Shown: one piece after another, positions 56,214-57,790 of the stretch
Position numbering within the stretch: position 1 is the stretch's first letter
How the letters are laid out: every line of letters starts with the position of its first letter
Source: Hyphomicrobiales bacterium
Lineage (GTDB): Bacteria; Pseudomonadota; Alphaproteobacteria; Rhizobiales; OSC116
DNA length: 57,790 nucleotides
Assembly: GCA_016744975.1 (NCBI GenBank)
Contig: JADGDI010000005.1
Coordinates: 1-57,790, forward strand
Direction of reading: 5' to 3'
Program-made: the position numbers and the translations under genes
Notes under the pieces: model-generated
Database searches by the model: none
What the model was told of the DNA's origin: nothing
Seen by the model: the letters and a program-made list of their open reading frames with translations, nothing else

Positions 56214-57320
56214 ATGAAGAAAAGAGCGCGTGATTTAGGGCTGAAATTTAATGGTGAAACGGGACCATATAACGCAATAACGGATGTTGCGGGTATTGAG
56301 GTTGGTTTCTCGACGATTATTGAAAATTCTGGTAATGTTGGCGATGGCAGTGGTCCAATTAGAACAGGCGTTACTGCGATTTTGCCGCGTGGTAGGCAAA
56401 GCACTGCAAGGCCTGTATGGGCTGGGCAGCATAATTTAAATGGCAATGGTGAGATGACGGGCACGCATTGGATTAATGAGGCGGGTTATTTTTTATCGCC
56501 AATATGCATTACCAATACTCATTCGGTCGGCATGGTGCATCATGGGGTTGTTAAATGGATGGTTGAGCAGCATCAAGCTCAATTTAAAGCGCAACATAAT
56601 TTTGCGATGCCTGTGGTTGCTGAAACCTATGATGGGGTTTTAAATGATATTTGCGGCCAACATGTTGGTGTAGAACATGTGTTTGATGCATTGGATAATG
56701 CTAAAACTGGTGCGGTGGCTGAGGGTAATGTTGGCGGCGGCACAGGCATGATTAGCTACGAGTTTAAAGCAGGCACAGGCACAGCCTCTCGCTTGGTAAA
56801 GGTGAAAGATGAGTGTTTTACTATCGGGGTTTTGGTGCAAGCAAACTTTGGATTGCGCGATGATTTTATGTGCCTTGGAGTGCCTGTTGGCAAGCATTTG
56901 GTAGAACATAAAATTATGCAAGAAATTCGTGAGCAGGAGATGGGTTCTATCATTGTGATTATCGCCACTGATTTGCCGTTATCACCCACTCAGCTTAAAC
57001 GGGTTGCAAAACGCGCCAGTTTGGGTATGGCTCGCACGGGTACATTTGGTGGCCATGGTTCGGGGGACATATTTTTGGCCTTTTCTACCGCAAATGCGGG
57101 TTCTGATGCGGATGAGGGGATTACGAATTTTAAACTGTTGGATGATGTGCCTTATATGGATAACGTCTATAAAGCAGGGGTTGAAGCGGTTGAAGAAGCG
57201 ATTATTAACTCGATTGTTGCAGGTGAGGCGATGGATAGTGTTAAGCCAACGGGTCATTTGGTAAGCGCGATTGACCATGAGGAATTATGCAATATCATGG
57301 CGGAATATGGGCGTATGTAA
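56214..57320 (+). CDS. DmpA/peptidase S58 family aminopeptidase
   Basis: It has an Ntn-type DmpA pattern (..NAITDVAGIEVG.., ..GVTAILP.., ..NVGGGTGM.., ..ATDLPLSPTQLKRVAKRA..). I prefer the ATG at 56214. Confidence 0.75.
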   Translation: MKKRARDLGLKFNGETGPYNAITDVAGIEVGFSTIIENSGNVGDGSGPIRTGVTAILPRGRQSTARPVWAGQHNLNGNGEMTGTHWINEAGYFLSPICITNTHSVGMVHHGVVKWMVEQHQAQFKAQHNFAMPVVAETYDGVLNDICGQHVGVEHVFDALDNAKTGAVAEGNVGGGTGMISYEFKAGTGTASRLVKVKDECFTIGVLVQANFGLRDDFMCLGVPVGKHLVEHKIMQEIREQEMGSIIVIIATDLPLSPTQLKRVAKRASLGMARTGTFGGHGSGDIFLAFSTANAGSDADEGITNFKLLDDVPYMDNVYKAGVEAVEEAIINSIVAGEAMDSVKPTGHLVSAIDHEELCNIMAEYGRM

Positions 57321-57346
57321 TGCTTTAGTGATTTATGCGCGGTTAA

Positions 57347-57381
57347 GGCCTCCTCTATAAGATAAGCAAATAGAGGAGGCC
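57347..57381. terminator. GC-rich hairpin between convergent genes
   Basis: An 11-bp stem: GGCCTCCTCTA, a 13-nt loop, then TAGAGGAGGCC. Neither side has a clear U-tract. Confidence 0.45.
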
Positions 57382-57423
57382 CGCATTAATAACCATTGGT
57401 TAGGGTATGGTTACTAATTTATG

Positions 57424-57790
<367 letters not shown>

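Overview
This is an AT-rich proteobacterial chromosomal segment, probably from a marine or environmental heterotroph, though the taxon cannot be fixed from sequence alone. It is densely coding, with about 55 CDS. I recognised no rRNA, tRNA, CRISPR array, transposase or integrase. There are four blocks. (1) 0.3-18.9 kb is an aromatic-acid funnel. It holds a TRAP transporter, a MarR regulator, a CoA-dependent hydroxycinnamate side-chain module (CoA ligase, enoyl-CoA hydratase, SDR dehydrogenase, amidohydrolase), pobR/pobA, and a complete protocatechuate 4,5-cleavage pathway (ligR, ligJKUIAB, ligC). (2) 19.2-30.7 kb is accessory-looking. It holds a class V PLP enzyme with a LysR regulator, then two tightly packed same-strand operons. 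The first encodes a pyruvoyl SAM decarboxylase, an RCK-type K+ channel, a lipoprotein, a four-repeat DUF350-like membrane protein and a membrane-anchored aminopropyltransferase. The second encodes a YjfI-like protein, a PspA/IM30 (YjfJ-like) protein, a YjfK-like protein and a tandem-RHH-like protein. The promoter regions of both operons carry nearly the same perfect palindrome, CTTGACAG-ATY-CTGTCAAG. This polyamine plus IM30 membrane module is the best candidate for an experimentally undescribed system in the window. A methyltransferase and an orphan phnA follow it. (3) 30.9-35.9 kb holds an alpha-ketoglutarate-semialdehyde-type aldehyde dehydrogenase, an RpiR regulator, a proline-racemase-family protein with both catalytic Cys replaced (Ser/Thr), a TetR regulator and a small secreted protein. 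(4) 36-57.8 kb is a purine salvage and catabolism island. It holds puuE-allA, hiuH-xdhABC, glcB-puuD-uraD-guaD, an AAH1-type adenine deaminase and a BMP-family nucleoside ABC transporter. A DmpA-type peptidase and the 3' end of a tryptophanase/tyrosine phenol-lyase gene, cut by the window edge, close the block. All functional calls come from reading the translated ORFs for family hallmarks and from gene context. No database search was run.
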